From Collinsella sp. (GTDB lineage: Bacteria; Actinomycetota; Coriobacteriia; Coriobacteriales; Coriobacteriaceae): 64,000 nt of DNA. Shown here piece after piece: positions 49,263 to 58,789 of this stretch. The notes below the pieces were generated by a model, which did not search any database, was not told the origin of the DNA, and saw only the letters and a program-made list of their open reading frames with translations. The translations under genes were made by a program, and so were the position numbers. The stretch is taken from the NCBI GenBank assembly GCA_048205975.1, contig DBEWTI010000128.1, positions 8,115 to 72,114 on the forward strand, read 5' to 3'. The first letter of the stretch is position 1; every line of letters begins with the position of its first letter.

Positions 49263-50179
49263 CCTTTGACCTGTACGACACCGTCGACTCGTTTATCGCC
49301 TATATCGCACGCGTCGAGGGACTTTCTCCCAACACGGTGACGGCCTATGGCTCGAGGCTGGAGCGCTTCGCTGCCTGGTGCGAGCGCGAGGATATCGATG
49401 CCTTCGCTGCCGACGTGCGCACCATTCGTCGCTATCTTGCCGAGCTTTCGCGTGAGCAGGTGGCTCCCCGAACGCTTGCGGCGCACCTGTCGGCTATCCG
49501 ATCGCTCTATCGTTGGATGGCTGCCGAGGGGATTGTCGAGGGCGATGCGGTCTCGGCGATCGCATCGCCCAAGCTGCCGCGTGACCTGCCGGGCGTCCTT
49601 ACGACCCTGCAGGTCGAGGCGCTGCTCAAGACGCCTGATACATCGACGCCTGCGGGACTGCGCGATGCGGCGATGCTCGAGCTGCTCTATGCATCTGGCG
49701 CCCGTATCTCTGAGCTCGCAGCACTCAATGTGGAGTCCATCGCTTGGTCCGAACGCACGTTGCGCCTGTGGGGCAAGGGGGGCAAGGAACGTATCGTCCC
49801 CCTGTATCGTCGTGCGCTCGAGGTGACGCGTCTCTATATTGAGGAGGGGAGGCCGGAGTTGCTTGCTCAGGCAAAGCGCCGTGACCTCGCTACCGGGCCG
49901 CATCCGCTGCTTATATCGGCGCGCGGCAATCGCATGAGCGCCGCCATCCTCCGGCGACGGTTCCATACGCTGGCGACGCTCGCCGGCATTCCGGCCGACA
50001 TCGCCCCGCATGCGATGCGCCATACCTTTGCGACCGACTTGCTCGAGGGCGGTGCGGACCTGCGCTCGGTTCAAGAGCTGCTGGGCCATGCGAGCCTGTC
50101 CACGACGCAGATCTACACGCATCTCACACCCGATCGGCTTAAGCGGGCTGTGGCTCAAGCCCATCCCCGCGGCGAATAG
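49259..50179 (+). CDS. xerC: Tyrosine recombinase XerC-like; start probably ATA at 49259 (track start 49337)
   Basis: Catalytic residues GARISE, GKG, PHAMRH, LGH, TQIY. The N-terminal motif FIAYIARVEGLSPNT lies upstream of the first canonical start. trmFO-xerC synteny. Confidence 0.88.
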   Translation: MAFDLYDTVDSFIAYIARVEGLSPNTVTAYGSRLERFAAWCEREDIDAFAADVRTIRRYLAELSREQVAPRTLAAHLSAIRSLYRWMAAEGIVEGDAVSAIASPKLPRDLPGVLTTLQVEALLKTPDTSTPAGLRDAAMLELLYASGARISELAALNVESIAWSERTLRLWGKGGKERIVPLYRRALEVTRLYIEEGRPELLAQAKRRDLATGPHPLLISARGNRMSAAILRRRFHTLATLAGIPADIAPHAMRHTFATDLLEGGADLRSVQELLGHASLSTTQIYTHLTPDRLKRAVAQAHPRGE

Positions 50180-50228
50180 TGGCTGGGACGTCCCGCGCCG
50201 CGCTCAGGTGTGTGGTTTTGATTGCGGG

Positions 50229-50257
50229 TTGGCAGGAAGATGCATTCCTGCTATCAT
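50229..50257 (+). promoter_or_regulatory. rpsB-tsf promoter
   Basis: TTGGCA-N17-TATCAT with extended -10 TG. Confidence 0.65.
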
Positions 50258-50290
50258 TCATCAGGTTGCTTCACGGCAACAGGTTTTTAT

Positions 50291-50385
50291 CACGCACGCG
50301 CGGCTACTTCATACCGTGGTGCCCGGGCTTTGGTAGCACATGTCCGGGTTGGTTTTGGAGGATGACCCCGCGCGGAGGCAAACCA
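50291..50385 (+). promoter_or_regulatory. Probable S2 (rpsB) autoregulatory leader
   Basis: Long structured 5' UTR bounded by CACGCAC..CGCGCGG and CCGCGCGGAGGCAAACC, resembling known rpsB leader ends. Confidence 0.5.
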
Positions 50386-50398
50386 CAGGAGGTTTAAC

Positions 50399-51127
50399 AT
50401 GGCTACCAAGATCAATATCCGCACCCTGCTCGAGGCCGGCTGCCACTTCGGTCACCAGACCCGTCGCTGGAACCCCAAGATGAAGCCGTTCATCTTCGGT
50501 GAGCGCAACGGCATCTACATCCTCGACCTCAAGCAGACCATCCTCGACGCCGACCAGGCCTACACCTTCGTCAAGAACGTCGCCAAGGGCGGCAACGTGC
50601 TGTTCGTCGGCACCAAGAAGCAGGCTCAGGAGGCCGTCAAGAACGCTGCTGAGCGCGCCAACATGCCTTACATCAACCAGCGTTGGCTCGGCGGCATGCT
50701 GACTAACTTCGTCACCATCCGCTCCCGCATCAACCGCATGGAGGAGCTCGAGGCCATGGTCGAGGACGGTCGCATGGCTGTTCTGCCTAAGAAGGAGCAG
50801 GCTGTTCTCGGCAAGGAGCTCACCAAGCTCCAGACCAACCTCGGTGGCGCCCGCGACATGAAGGGTCTGCCCCAGGCTCTCTTCGTCATCGACACCAAGC
50901 GCGAGGAGAACGCCATCAAGGAGGCTCAGCGCCTGAACATCCCCGTCGTCGCTCTGATCGACACCAACTCCGATCCCGACGAGGTCGAGTACGGCATCCC
51001 CTGCAACGATGACGCTATCTCTGCTGTCACCCTTATGTGCGAGCTCATGGCTGACGCCTGCCTCGCTGGCTCCGGCAAGGAGCAGGTCTCCGAGGCCGAG
51101 ATGGCCGCTGAGCCCAAGGCCGAGTAA
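50399..51127 (+). CDS. rpsB: 30S ribosomal protein S2
   Basis: [32 protein letters not shown]. Confidence 0.98.
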   Translation: MATKINIRTLLEAGCHFGHQTRRWNPKMKPFIFGERNGIYILDLKQTILDADQAYTFVKNVAKGGNVLFVGTKKQAQEAVKNAAERANMPYINQRWLGGMLTNFVTIRSRINRMEELEAMVEDGRMAVLPKKEQAVLGKELTKLQTNLGGARDMKGLPQALFVIDTKREENAIKEAQRLNIPVVALIDTNSDPDEVEYGIPCNDDAISAVTLMCELMADACLAGSGKEQVSEAEMAAEPKAE

Positions 51128-51172
51128 ATCAGTCTTAGTTCATTCTTTTTCATCTCTTTGAAAGGAACCACA

Positions 51173-52042
51173 ATGGCCCAGATTACCGCCGCTATGGTCA
51201 AGCAGCTCCGCGAGATGACCGACTCCCCGATGATGGAGTGCAAGAAGGCTCTCGTCGAGGCTGACGGCGACATGGACGCCGCTGTCGACGTTCTGCGTAA
51301 GAACGGCCTTGCCAAGGCTGCCAAGAAGGCTGGCCGTGAGACCAACGAGGGCGCTGTCGCCGCGTTCGTCTCCGAGGATGGCAAGACCGGCGCTCTGCTC
51401 GAGCTCTCCTGCGAGACCGACTTCGTCGGCTCCAACGCCAAGTTCACCGGCTTTGCTTCCAAGGTCGCTGAGGTTGTCGCCACCACCGAGCCGGCTGACG
51501 TCGACGCTCTGCTCGAGAAGCCGATGGGCGAGGAGACCGTTTCCTCCGAGCTCACCGAGATGATTCACATCATGGGCGAGAACATGAAGATTGCTCGTTT
51601 CGCCGCCCGCAAGGCCGAGAACGGCGCTCTCGCTTCTTACATCCACATGGGTGGTAAGATCGGCGTCCTCGTCGAGTTCGCTTTCGAGAAGGCCGAGACC
51701 GCTCAGGCCGAGTCCTTCAAGACCTTCGCTCACGACGTTGCCCTTCAGGTTGCCGCCGTCGCCCCGATCTGCGCTACCCGCGAGCAGGTTCCGGCCGAGA
51801 CCGTCGAGCACGAGAAGCAGATCTACATGGCTCAGGCCGCCGAGTCCGGCAAGCCCGAGGCCATCCAGGAGAAGATGGCTGTCGGCCGTCTGGAGAAGTT
51901 CTACAAGCAGTCCGTGCTCACCGAGCAGGAGTTCATCAAGGACAGCTCCCTCACCATCAAGAAGTACGCTGAGCAGGTCTCCAAGGAGCTCGGCGACACC
52001 ATTACCGTCGTTGCCTTCGACCGTCTGGTCCGTGGCGAGTAA
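51173..52042 (+). CDS. tsf: Elongation factor Ts
   Basis: VKQLREMT..MMECKKAL, CETDFV, IGVLVE. Confidence 0.98.
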   Translation: MAQITAAMVKQLREMTDSPMMECKKALVEADGDMDAAVDVLRKNGLAKAAKKAGRETNEGAVAAFVSEDGKTGALLELSCETDFVGSNAKFTGFASKVAEVVATTEPADVDALLEKPMGEETVSSELTEMIHIMGENMKIARFAARKAENGALASYIHMGGKIGVLVEFAFEKAETAQAESFKTFAHDVALQVAAVAPICATREQVPAETVEHEKQIYMAQAAESGKPEAIQEKMAVGRLEKFYKQSVLTEQEFIKDSSLTIKKYAEQVSKELGDTITVVAFDRLVRGE

Positions 52043-52065
52043 ATAAGCTCTTGTAGCTGGTAATG

Positions 52066-52100
52066 AGCAGGCTGTGGGTTTTACTCACAGCCTGCTTTTT
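52066..52100 (+). terminator. Intrinsic terminator after tsf
   Basis: AGCAGGCTGTGGG / CTCACAGCCTGCT plus TTTT. Confidence 0.8.
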
Positions 52101-52159
52101 CATGGCTCTGAGCAGAGCCTTTGCTATCATATTGTGAGTCTAATTAAAGGAGGATCGTT

Positions 52160-52882
52160 TTGTCCGACATCCGATACAAACGCGTGCTTCTGAAGCTTTC
52201 CGGCGAAGCGCTGATGGGCGACGGCCACTACGGCATCGACCCCAAGGTTACCGACCATCTTGCCAAGCAGGTCAAGGAGCTGCTCGCTGTAGGCCATGAG
52301 GTCGGCGTCGTTGTCGGCGGCGGCAACATTTTCCGCGGCATGGCCGGCGCTGCCGGTGGCATGGAGCGTGCCCAGGCCGATTATATGGGCATGCTTGCGA
52401 CCGTCATGAACGCGCTTGCTCTGCAGGATGCCTTCGAGCACAACGATGTTCCCTGCCGCGTGATGAGCGCTATCCAGATGAACGAGATCTGCGAGCCCTA
52501 TATTCGCCGTCGCGCCATCAACCACCTGTCCAAGGGCAACGTCGTTATCTTCGCTGCCGGTTCGGGCAATCCGTACTTTACGACCGACACCGCCGCGGCC
52601 CTTCGCGCTTGCGAGATTGGTGCCGAGATTCTGATCAAGGCCACCAAGGTCGACGGTATCTACGACAAGGATCCCGTCAAGTGCGCCGACGCCGTCCGCT
52701 TTGACAAGATTACTTATCACGAGGTGCTCGTCCGCGGCCTGCAGGTTATGGATTCCACGGCTACGGCTCTTTGCCAGGACAACCGTATGCCCATTTTGGT
52801 CCTCAACATCGATGGCGAGGACACCGTCAAGCGCGCGCTCGCGGGTGAGCCCGTCGGCACGCTCGTCTATCAGGAGGATTAA
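52160..52882 (+). CDS. pyrH: UMP kinase
   Basis: [29 protein letters not shown]. Confidence 0.97.
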   Translation: MSDIRYKRVLLKLSGEALMGDGHYGIDPKVTDHLAKQVKELLAVGHEVGVVVGGGNIFRGMAGAAGGMERAQADYMGMLATVMNALALQDAFEHNDVPCRVMSAIQMNEICEPYIRRRAINHLSKGNVVIFAAGSGNPYFTTDTAAALRACEIGAEILIKATKVDGIYDKDPVKCADAVRFDKITYHEVLVRGLQVMDSTATALCQDNRMPILVLNIDGEDTVKRALAGEPVGTLVYQED

Positions 52883-52884
52883 GC

Positions 52885-53421
52885 ATGGCAGAGAACATCA
52901 CCGCCCACATGGACAAGTCGCTCGAGTCCCTCAAGCACAACTTCTCCAAGGTCCGTACCGGCCGCGCCAATGCCAACATTCTGTCCGACATTACCGTCGA
53001 TTACTACGGTGTTCCCACGCCGGTCACGCAGGTTGCTGCCGTCAAGACCCCCGAGGCCCACATGCTGCTCATCGAGCCGTGGGACAAGGCGCTCATCAAC
53101 GCCATCGTCAAGGCTATCAGCGCCTCCGACCTGGGCATTACCCCCAACTCCGATGGCACCGTCGTACGTCTGCCTTTCCCGGCTCCCACCGAGGAGCGTC
53201 GTCGCGAGCTCGTCAAGGAGTGCCGCGAGTACGCCGAACAGGCCAAGGTTTCCATTCGCAACATCCGTCGCGACTTTAACAATAAGCTCGAGCGCGACGA
53301 GGAGCTCACCGAGGACGATGTCCGCTGCGAGCAGGCCAAGGTTCAGAAGCATACCGATGAGTATGTTGCCAAGGTCGAGGAGCTTCTGAAGGAAAAAGAA
53401 GCCGAGGTCATGGAGATCTAA
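52885..53421 (+). CDS. frr: Ribosome recycling factor
   Basis: RTGRA, VDYYG, TEERRRELVK, IRNIRRD. Confidence 0.97.
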   Translation: MAENITAHMDKSLESLKHNFSKVRTGRANANILSDITVDYYGVPTPVTQVAAVKTPEAHMLLIEPWDKALINAIVKAISASDLGITPNSDGTVVRLPFPAPTEERRRELVKECREYAEQAKVSIRNIRRDFNNKLERDEELTEDDVRCEQAKVQKHTDEYVAKVEELLKEKEAEVMEI

Positions 53422-53422
53422 G

Positions 53423-54217
53423 GTGCAATACGACGAGCATAAACTGGTCGAGTACTTTGCCGACGCCCCTGCGGGCGTCGGTTTTTCCGACCTAGACCTC
53501 AATAACATTCCGCGCCATATCTCGTGCATCATGGACGGTAACGGCCGTTGGGCCACGTCGCGCGGTCTTGCCCGCACCGAGGGTCACAAGGCCGGTATCG
53601 TCTCCTTGCGCGAGATCATTACCGCCTGCGTGCGCCTGGGCGTCGACGTGCTTTCGGCCTACGCGTTTTCGACTGAAAACTGGAATCGCCCGCAGCACGA
53701 GGTCAACGTCTTGATGCACCTCTTTGCCAAGACGTTTGTCGATGAGTTGCCGCTGCTCAAGCGTGAGAACGTTCGTGTTGTCTTTTTGGGCGACATTTCC
53801 GCACTGCCCAAGAAGACGCGCGACGTCTTTGAGCGCGGTCTTGCCGAGTGCGCTGACCATACGGGCATGACGCTGGCACTGGCCGTTAACTACGGTGCCC
53901 GCGCCGAGATCACCCGTGCCGCCCGTCAGCTTGCTCTCGATGCCGCTGCCGGAAAGATTGATCCTGCCGCAATCGATGACGATATGGTGGCTTCACACCT
54001 GTACACCGCCGGTCTTCCCGATCCGGAGCTCGTGATTCGCACTTCTGGCGAGTTGCGTCTGTCGAATTATCTGCTGTGGCAGGTGGCTTATTCCGAGTTC
54101 TATGTCACCGATACCTATTGGCCCGACTTTGATCGTTGGGGCCTTGTCGACGCCATTTTGGCCTATCAGGGCCGTGACCGTAGGTTTGGTGGACTGAGCA
54201 AGACCGAGGAGGCTTAA
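53423..54217 (+). CDS. uppS: Undecaprenyl diphosphate synthase (cis-isoprenyltransferase)
   Basis: IMDGNGRWA, AFSTENWNRP, IRTSGELRLSNYL, RRFGG. Confidence 0.96.
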   Translation: MQYDEHKLVEYFADAPAGVGFSDLDLNNIPRHISCIMDGNGRWATSRGLARTEGHKAGIVSLREIITACVRLGVDVLSAYAFSTENWNRPQHEVNVLMHLFAKTFVDELPLLKRENVRVVFLGDISALPKKTRDVFERGLAECADHTGMTLALAVNYGARAEITRAARQLALDAAAGKIDPAAIDDDMVASHLYTAGLPDPELVIRTSGELRLSNYLLWQVAYSEFYVTDTYWPDFDRWGLVDAILAYQGRDRRFGGLSKTEEA

Positions 54218-54219
54218 TC

Positions 54220-55119
54220 GTGTCCGATCGTCCCAAGGCAACTGCTCCCAAGACATCTGAGCGCAAGGCTGTCGCTGCGGGAGCGCCCGCAGCGAAGAAT
54301 GGCACCGGTTCGTGGCTTGCGGGCTTTATTACCCGTGCCGCCGCCGGTATCGTTTATGCCGTTGTCTTTATCCTGTGCCTGGTTTTGGGTATCGTGCCCA
54401 CTGCCATCTTTGTTTCCGTCATGAGCGGTCTGTGCTGCTATGAGTTTTTCCGTATGACAAGGCTCGATGGCAAGATGGCTAACGAGCGCATGGGTATCGC
54501 TGCCGCCGTACTCTTTCCGCTGTCGGCGTTGGGCGATTCGATGTTGCTGAATGCCCTGCTTTTTGCCTTGATGCTCGCTGTGGGCATTTGGTATGTCTGG
54601 TCGCCGCGTACCCGTATCTCTGATGTGGCCGTGACGCTCATGGGCCCCATCTACACTGGCTTTATGCTGTCGGCTATCGTGCTGCTGCGCGATGCCGTGC
54701 CCGGTTTTGCCGGCGCCCTGCTTTCAGTGGGCGTTTGCGCGTCCCTTTGGGTCTCCGATTCGTTTGCCTACATCGTGGGCAGCCGTATCGGCAAGCACAA
54801 GATGGTTCCCAAGATCTCTCCCAAAAAGAGCTGGGAGGGGTTTGCCGGCGGCATCCTGGGCTCGGTTTTGATTTGGCTCATCCTGTGGGCGACGCACTTC
54901 TACAAGCTCAGCCTGCCCTATGCGCTGCTGTGCGGCGTGGTCGTGTCCATTCTGGGCGTTATCGGCGACCTTATCGAGTCGCGCATCAAGCGCGGTGTGG
55001 GCGTCAAGGATTCCGGCAACCTTATCCCGGGCCACGGCGGCATGCTCGATCGTAGCGACTCGCTTATCTTCGGCTGCATCACCGCGCAGCTGTTGCTGAT
55101 GATCGGAGGCGTGCTGTAA
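54220..55119 (+). CDS. cdsA: Phosphatidate cytidylyltransferase
   Basis: ISPKKSWEG, GDLIESRIKR..GVKDSG..IPGHGGMLDR.D. Confidence 0.96.
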   Translation: MSDRPKATAPKTSERKAVAAGAPAAKNGTGSWLAGFITRAAAGIVYAVVFILCLVLGIVPTAIFVSVMSGLCCYEFFRMTRLDGKMANERMGIAAAVLFPLSALGDSMLLNALLFALMLAVGIWYVWSPRTRISDVAVTLMGPIYTGFMLSAIVLLRDAVPGFAGALLSVGVCASLWVSDSFAYIVGSRIGKHKMVPKISPKKSWEGFAGGILGSVLIWLILWATHFYKLSLPYALLCGVVVSILGVIGDLIESRIKRGVGVKDSGNLIPGHGGMLDRSDSLIFGCITAQLLLMIGGVL

Positions 55120-56306
55120 TGTCCTTCCAGACGACGTATGGCCCCGATGGACGCCTTCGCGTTGCAATCTTGGGTTGTACGGGCTCCATCGGCACCCAGG
55201 CGCTCGATGTGTGCCGCCAGCATGCCGATCGCCTGCAGGTGACGGCGCTGTCCGTTAACTCCAGTACCTCCAAGCTCGTTGCCGCTGTCCGCGAGTTCTC
55301 GGTTCCGGCGGTTGCCGTGGCCGATGTCGATCATGGCGATGACGCCGTGCTGCAGGAGTTGCCCGAGGGAACGAAGCTCGGCGTTGGCGCGCAGGCGGTT
55401 TGCGAGCTCGCGCGTCGCGACGATGTCGACTGCGTGCTTGTCGCTATTGTGGGCGCCGCCGGTCTCGAGGCGAGCCATGCGGCCTTAACCTCGAATAAGC
55501 GCCTTGCCCTTGCCAACAAGGAGTCCCTCGTCGTCGGTGGCGACTTGCTTATGCCGTTGGCGCAACCGGGCCAGCTTATTCCAGTCGACTCTGAGCACTC
55601 CGCCATTTACCAGTGCTATCTGGGGGAGAACCCGCGCGAGGCCCACTGCATTTGGCTCACCTGCTCGGGCGGTCCGTTCTTTGGCCGCACGCGCGACGAG
55701 CTCGATCACGTGACGCGTGCCGATGCCCTCGCGCATCCCACGTGGGCCATGGGTGCCAAGATCACCATTGACTCCGCCACCCTCATGAACAAGGGCCTGG
55801 AGCGCATTGAGGCCATGCATCTGTTTAACTGCGACCTCGATTTCATTAACGTGGTCGTGCAGCGTCAGTCCAAGATTCACTCTATGGTCGAGTTCGCCGA
55901 CGGCTCCGTGATGGCGCATCTCGGTGCATCCGACATGCGTATTCCCATCCAGTTCGCGTTCTCGTATCCCGAGCGTTGGGATACCCCGGCGCCTCGTATC
56001 GATTTCCGCGAGCTGGGGCAGCTCACGTTTGATGCTGCCGACATGGATACCTTCCGCTGTCTGGCACTGGCCGAGCGTGCCGGCAAGACGGGTGGCACCA
56101 TGCCGTGCGTGCTCAATGCCGCCAACGAGGTCGCCGTCGATGCCTTCCTGCACGATGGCTGCAGCTTTACCGATATCGATCGCATTGTGGAATCCTGCAT
56201 GGACGCCCACGATATGCGGGCGGTCGATTCGTTTGAGCAGCTTCGCGACATCGATGCGTGGGCGCGTGAAAAGGCTGCGCAGGTGCTCGCCGCAACCCGT
56301 TCCTAA
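55119..56306 (+). CDS. dxr: 1-deoxy-D-xylulose-5-phosphate reductoisomerase
   Basis: GCTGSIG, LANKES, PVDSEHSA, HPTWAMG.KIT.DSA, NAANE. Confidence 0.97.
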   Translation: MSFQTTYGPDGRLRVAILGCTGSIGTQALDVCRQHADRLQVTALSVNSSTSKLVAAVREFSVPAVAVADVDHGDDAVLQELPEGTKLGVGAQAVCELARRDDVDCVLVAIVGAAGLEASHAALTSNKRLALANKESLVVGGDLLMPLAQPGQLIPVDSEHSAIYQCYLGENPREAHCIWLTCSGGPFFGRTRDELDHVTRADALAHPTWAMGAKITIDSATLMNKGLERIEAMHLFNCDLDFINVVVQRQSKIHSMVEFADGSVMAHLGASDMRIPIQFAFSYPERWDTPAPRIDFRELGQLTFDAADMDTFRCLALAERAGKTGGTMPCVLNAANEVAVDAFLHDGCSFTDIDRIVESCMDAHDMRAVDSFEQLRDIDAWAREKAAQVLAATRS

Positions 56307-56331
56307 CCCATAAGGATTGCTTTTTCGTTTT

Positions 56332-57693
56332 ATGGATACTGTTCTGAGCGTTCTCTCATCGGTCTTTTGGGGCCTGCTGATGCTTTCCGTCCTCGTGTTT
56401 TTGCACGAGGGCGGCCACTTTTTGGCGGCGCGTGCCTGCGGCGTCCGTGTGACCGAGTTCTTTTTGGGTCTGCCGTGCCGCTTTGACATCCATTACACGT
56501 CGCGTCGCATTGGAACCAAGTTTGGCGTGACCCCGCTGCTGCTGGGTGGCTACGCTGCCATCTGCGGTATGGATCCGACCGATGTCTCGTGCTCCGATCG
56601 CGTGCTCGCGGCTATCTATCGTCATGGTCGCGTGACCGTGGCCGACCTTGCTGTCGAGCTCGAGCTTTCCGAGGAGGATGTGCTCGAGGCATGCGCCCTT
56701 TTGCTGGGCTGGGGCTCCATCGCACCCTGGTATGAGGAAGGGGAGAAGCCCTCGCCGAGCTACTATCCCACCAAATATCAGACGTTGCCGCGAGACACGG
56801 CAGGCTATACCACCTTTGATGGTCGCCGTTTCGATCGCGAACATGCGACTGCCGAGGGCGATGTGTGGGAGCTGCCGTGCGGCGAGGCCGAGTTCCTTGC
56901 GCAAGAGCGCTCGCACACCTATCTTGGCCAAGGCTTTCTCAAGCGTGCCTTTATGCTGCTCGCGGGCATTATCGTTAATATCTTGACGGGTTTTTTGCTC
57001 CTTATGAGTATCTATTCCATTGCGGGTGTCACCGTGCCGATGGATACCAACGTGATCGGTCAGGTTGACGAGGGGTCTATTGCCGCCAAGGCGGGTATCG
57101 AGGGCGGCGACGCGATCCTTTCGGTTGACGGAGTATCGTGCTCTACTTGGATGGACGTTTACGATGCCATCGGCAAGGCTGCCGGTAAGGACGATATCGC
57201 TATCGATTACGAGCGTGACGGCAAGCAGCATTCGACCACGGTTGCGCTCAAAGAGGACGAGCGCCTAGGTGTGTATGCTTCTACGCAGGTGGTCCGTTTA
57301 GACCCCATCACGTCGGCTCGCCTGTCGTTCTCCTATGTCGTGCAGACAGCGGAAGGCGTGATGCGCCTGCTCCAGCCGCAGCATACGATGGAGATTCTCG
57401 ATCAGTCTTCTTCGATCGTGGGTATTAGCGTTATGTCCTCACAGGCCGCTGCTGCCGGCCCTGCCACGTTCCTTTCGTTTGCCGCCCTCATTTCGTTCTC
57501 GCTTGGCTTTATGAACCTGCTGCCCATCCCACCACTCGATGGCGGCAAGCTGGTCATCGAGATCATTCAAAAGATTGCGGGCCGCGAGCTGCCGCTCAAG
57601 GTCCAGACGATTGTGAGCTATGTGGGCATCGCGCTCTTTGCGCTGCTGTTTGTCTATATGCTTCGTTCCGACATCCTTCGATTTATTCTGTAG
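56332..57693 (+). CDS. rseP: RIP metalloprotease RseP (site-2 protease, PDZ) with a large cytoplasmic insertion
   Basis: HEGGH, LGGY, PDZ (GSIAAKAGI..GD.I), NLLPIPPLDGG. dxr-rseP-ispG synteny. Confidence 0.92.
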   Translation: MDTVLSVLSSVFWGLLMLSVLVFLHEGGHFLAARACGVRVTEFFLGLPCRFDIHYTSRRIGTKFGVTPLLLGGYAAICGMDPTDVSCSDRVLAAIYRHGRVTVADLAVELELSEEDVLEACALLLGWGSIAPWYEEGEKPSPSYYPTKYQTLPRDTAGYTTFDGRRFDREHATAEGDVWELPCGEAEFLAQERSHTYLGQGFLKRAFMLLAGIIVNILTGFLLLMSIYSIAGVTVPMDTNVIGQVDEGSIAAKAGIEGGDAILSVDGVSCSTWMDVYDAIGKAAGKDDIAIDYERDGKQHSTTVALKEDERLGVYASTQVVRLDPITSARLSFSYVVQTAEGVMRLLQPQHTMEILDQSSSIVGISVMSSQAAAAGPATFLSFAALISFSLGFMNLLPIPPLDGGKLVIEIIQKIAGRELPLKVQTIVSYVGIALFALLFVYMLRSDILRFIL

Positions 57694-57706
57694 GGGAGTG
57701 TTTGGA

Positions 57707-58789
57707 TTGTCTCTATCCCATTCTTTGCCGCGCGAGCTGACGCGCCCCGTGCATGTGGGCGGCGTGCAGATCGGCGGCGGCGCGCCGGTCGTGGTTCAGT
57801 CCATGACCTGCACCGATACCGCCGATGCTCAGGCAACGCTTGGGCAGGTTCGCGCGTTGGCGCGGGCGGGCTGCGATATCGTGCGCGTGAGCGTGCCCAC
57901 CGAGGCCGCGCTCGAGGGCTTCCGTACCATCTGTGCTGAGTCCCCGGTGCCGATTGTCGCCGATATTCACTTTAACCATAAGCTCGCCATCGGCGCCGTC
58001 GAGGCTGGTGCCTCCAAACTGCGCATCAATCCCGGTAATATCGGCGATTGGGCTAAGGTCGATGCCGTCATCGACGCTGCCGGCGCTGCGGGCTGTGCGA
58101 TTCGCATCGGTGTCAACGCCGGCTCGCTTGAGCAGGATATCGCCGAGCGCGATGACCTTACGCAGCCCGAAAAGCTCGTGATGTCGAGCGAGCGCTTTGT
58201 ACAGCACTTTGAGGATCGTGGGTTTACCAACATCGTGCTTTCCGCCAAGGCCCATAGCGTACAGACGACGCTTGATACCTATCGCGCCCTGTCGCGCGAG
58301 ATACCGCATGTTCCGCTTCACCTGGGCGTGACGGAGGCGGGTACCAAGCTCCAGGGCACCATCAAGAGCTCTGTAGGCTTGGGTATCTTGCTTTCCGAAG
58401 GCATCGGTGACACCATGCGTGTGTCGCTCACGGCCGATCCGGTCGAGGAGCCGCCGGTCGCCTGGGGTATTCTGCAGTCGCTGGGCCTGCGCCACCGTGG
58501 TCCCGAGATTGTCTCGTGCCCTACGTGCGCTCGCTGCCAGGTTAACCTTATTCCCATTGCCGAGGAGGTCACCGAGCGGCTTAAGAACTACTCCGCGCCG
58601 CTTTCGATCGCCGTGATGGGGTGTGCCGTTAATGGCCCCGGCGAGGCTTCCGACGCCGACCTAGGCGTGGCCTGTGGACGAGGTCAGGGCCTGCTCTTTT
58701 CGCATGGCCAGATCATTGGTAAAGTAGCTGAGGATCAAATTGTCGACGCGCTTATGGCCGAGGTCGACAAACTTATTGAGGAGAAGTAA
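57707..58789 (+). CDS. ispG: (E)-4-hydroxy-3-methylbut-2-enyl-diphosphate synthase
   Basis: VQSM, ADIHF, RINPGN, HLGVTEAG, SCPTCARC, MGCAVNGPGE. TTG start inferred after GGGGAG. Confidence 0.95.
   Translation: MSLSHSLPRELTRPVHVGGVQIGGGAPVVVQSMTCTDTADAQATLGQVRALARAGCDIVRVSVPTEAALEGFRTICAESPVPIVADIHFNHKLAIGAVEAGASKLRINPGNIGDWAKVDAVIDAAGAAGCAIRIGVNAGSLEQDIAERDDLTQPEKLVMSSERFVQHFEDRGFTNIVLSAKAHSVQTTLDTYRALSREIPHVPLHLGVTEAGTKLQGTIKSSVGLGILLSEGIGDTMRVSLTADPVEEPPVAWGILQSLGLRHRGPEIVSCPTCARCQVNLIPIAEEVTERLKNYSAPLSIAVMGCAVNGPGEASDADLGVACGRGQGLLFSHGQIIGKVAEDQIVDALMAEVDKLIEEK

Noticed and set aside
49259..50179. Tyrosine recombinase as a prophage or ICE integrase
   Set aside because: About 306 aa with no arm-binding domain, sits in the housekeeping trmFO-xerC context, and has no att sites or cargo genes.
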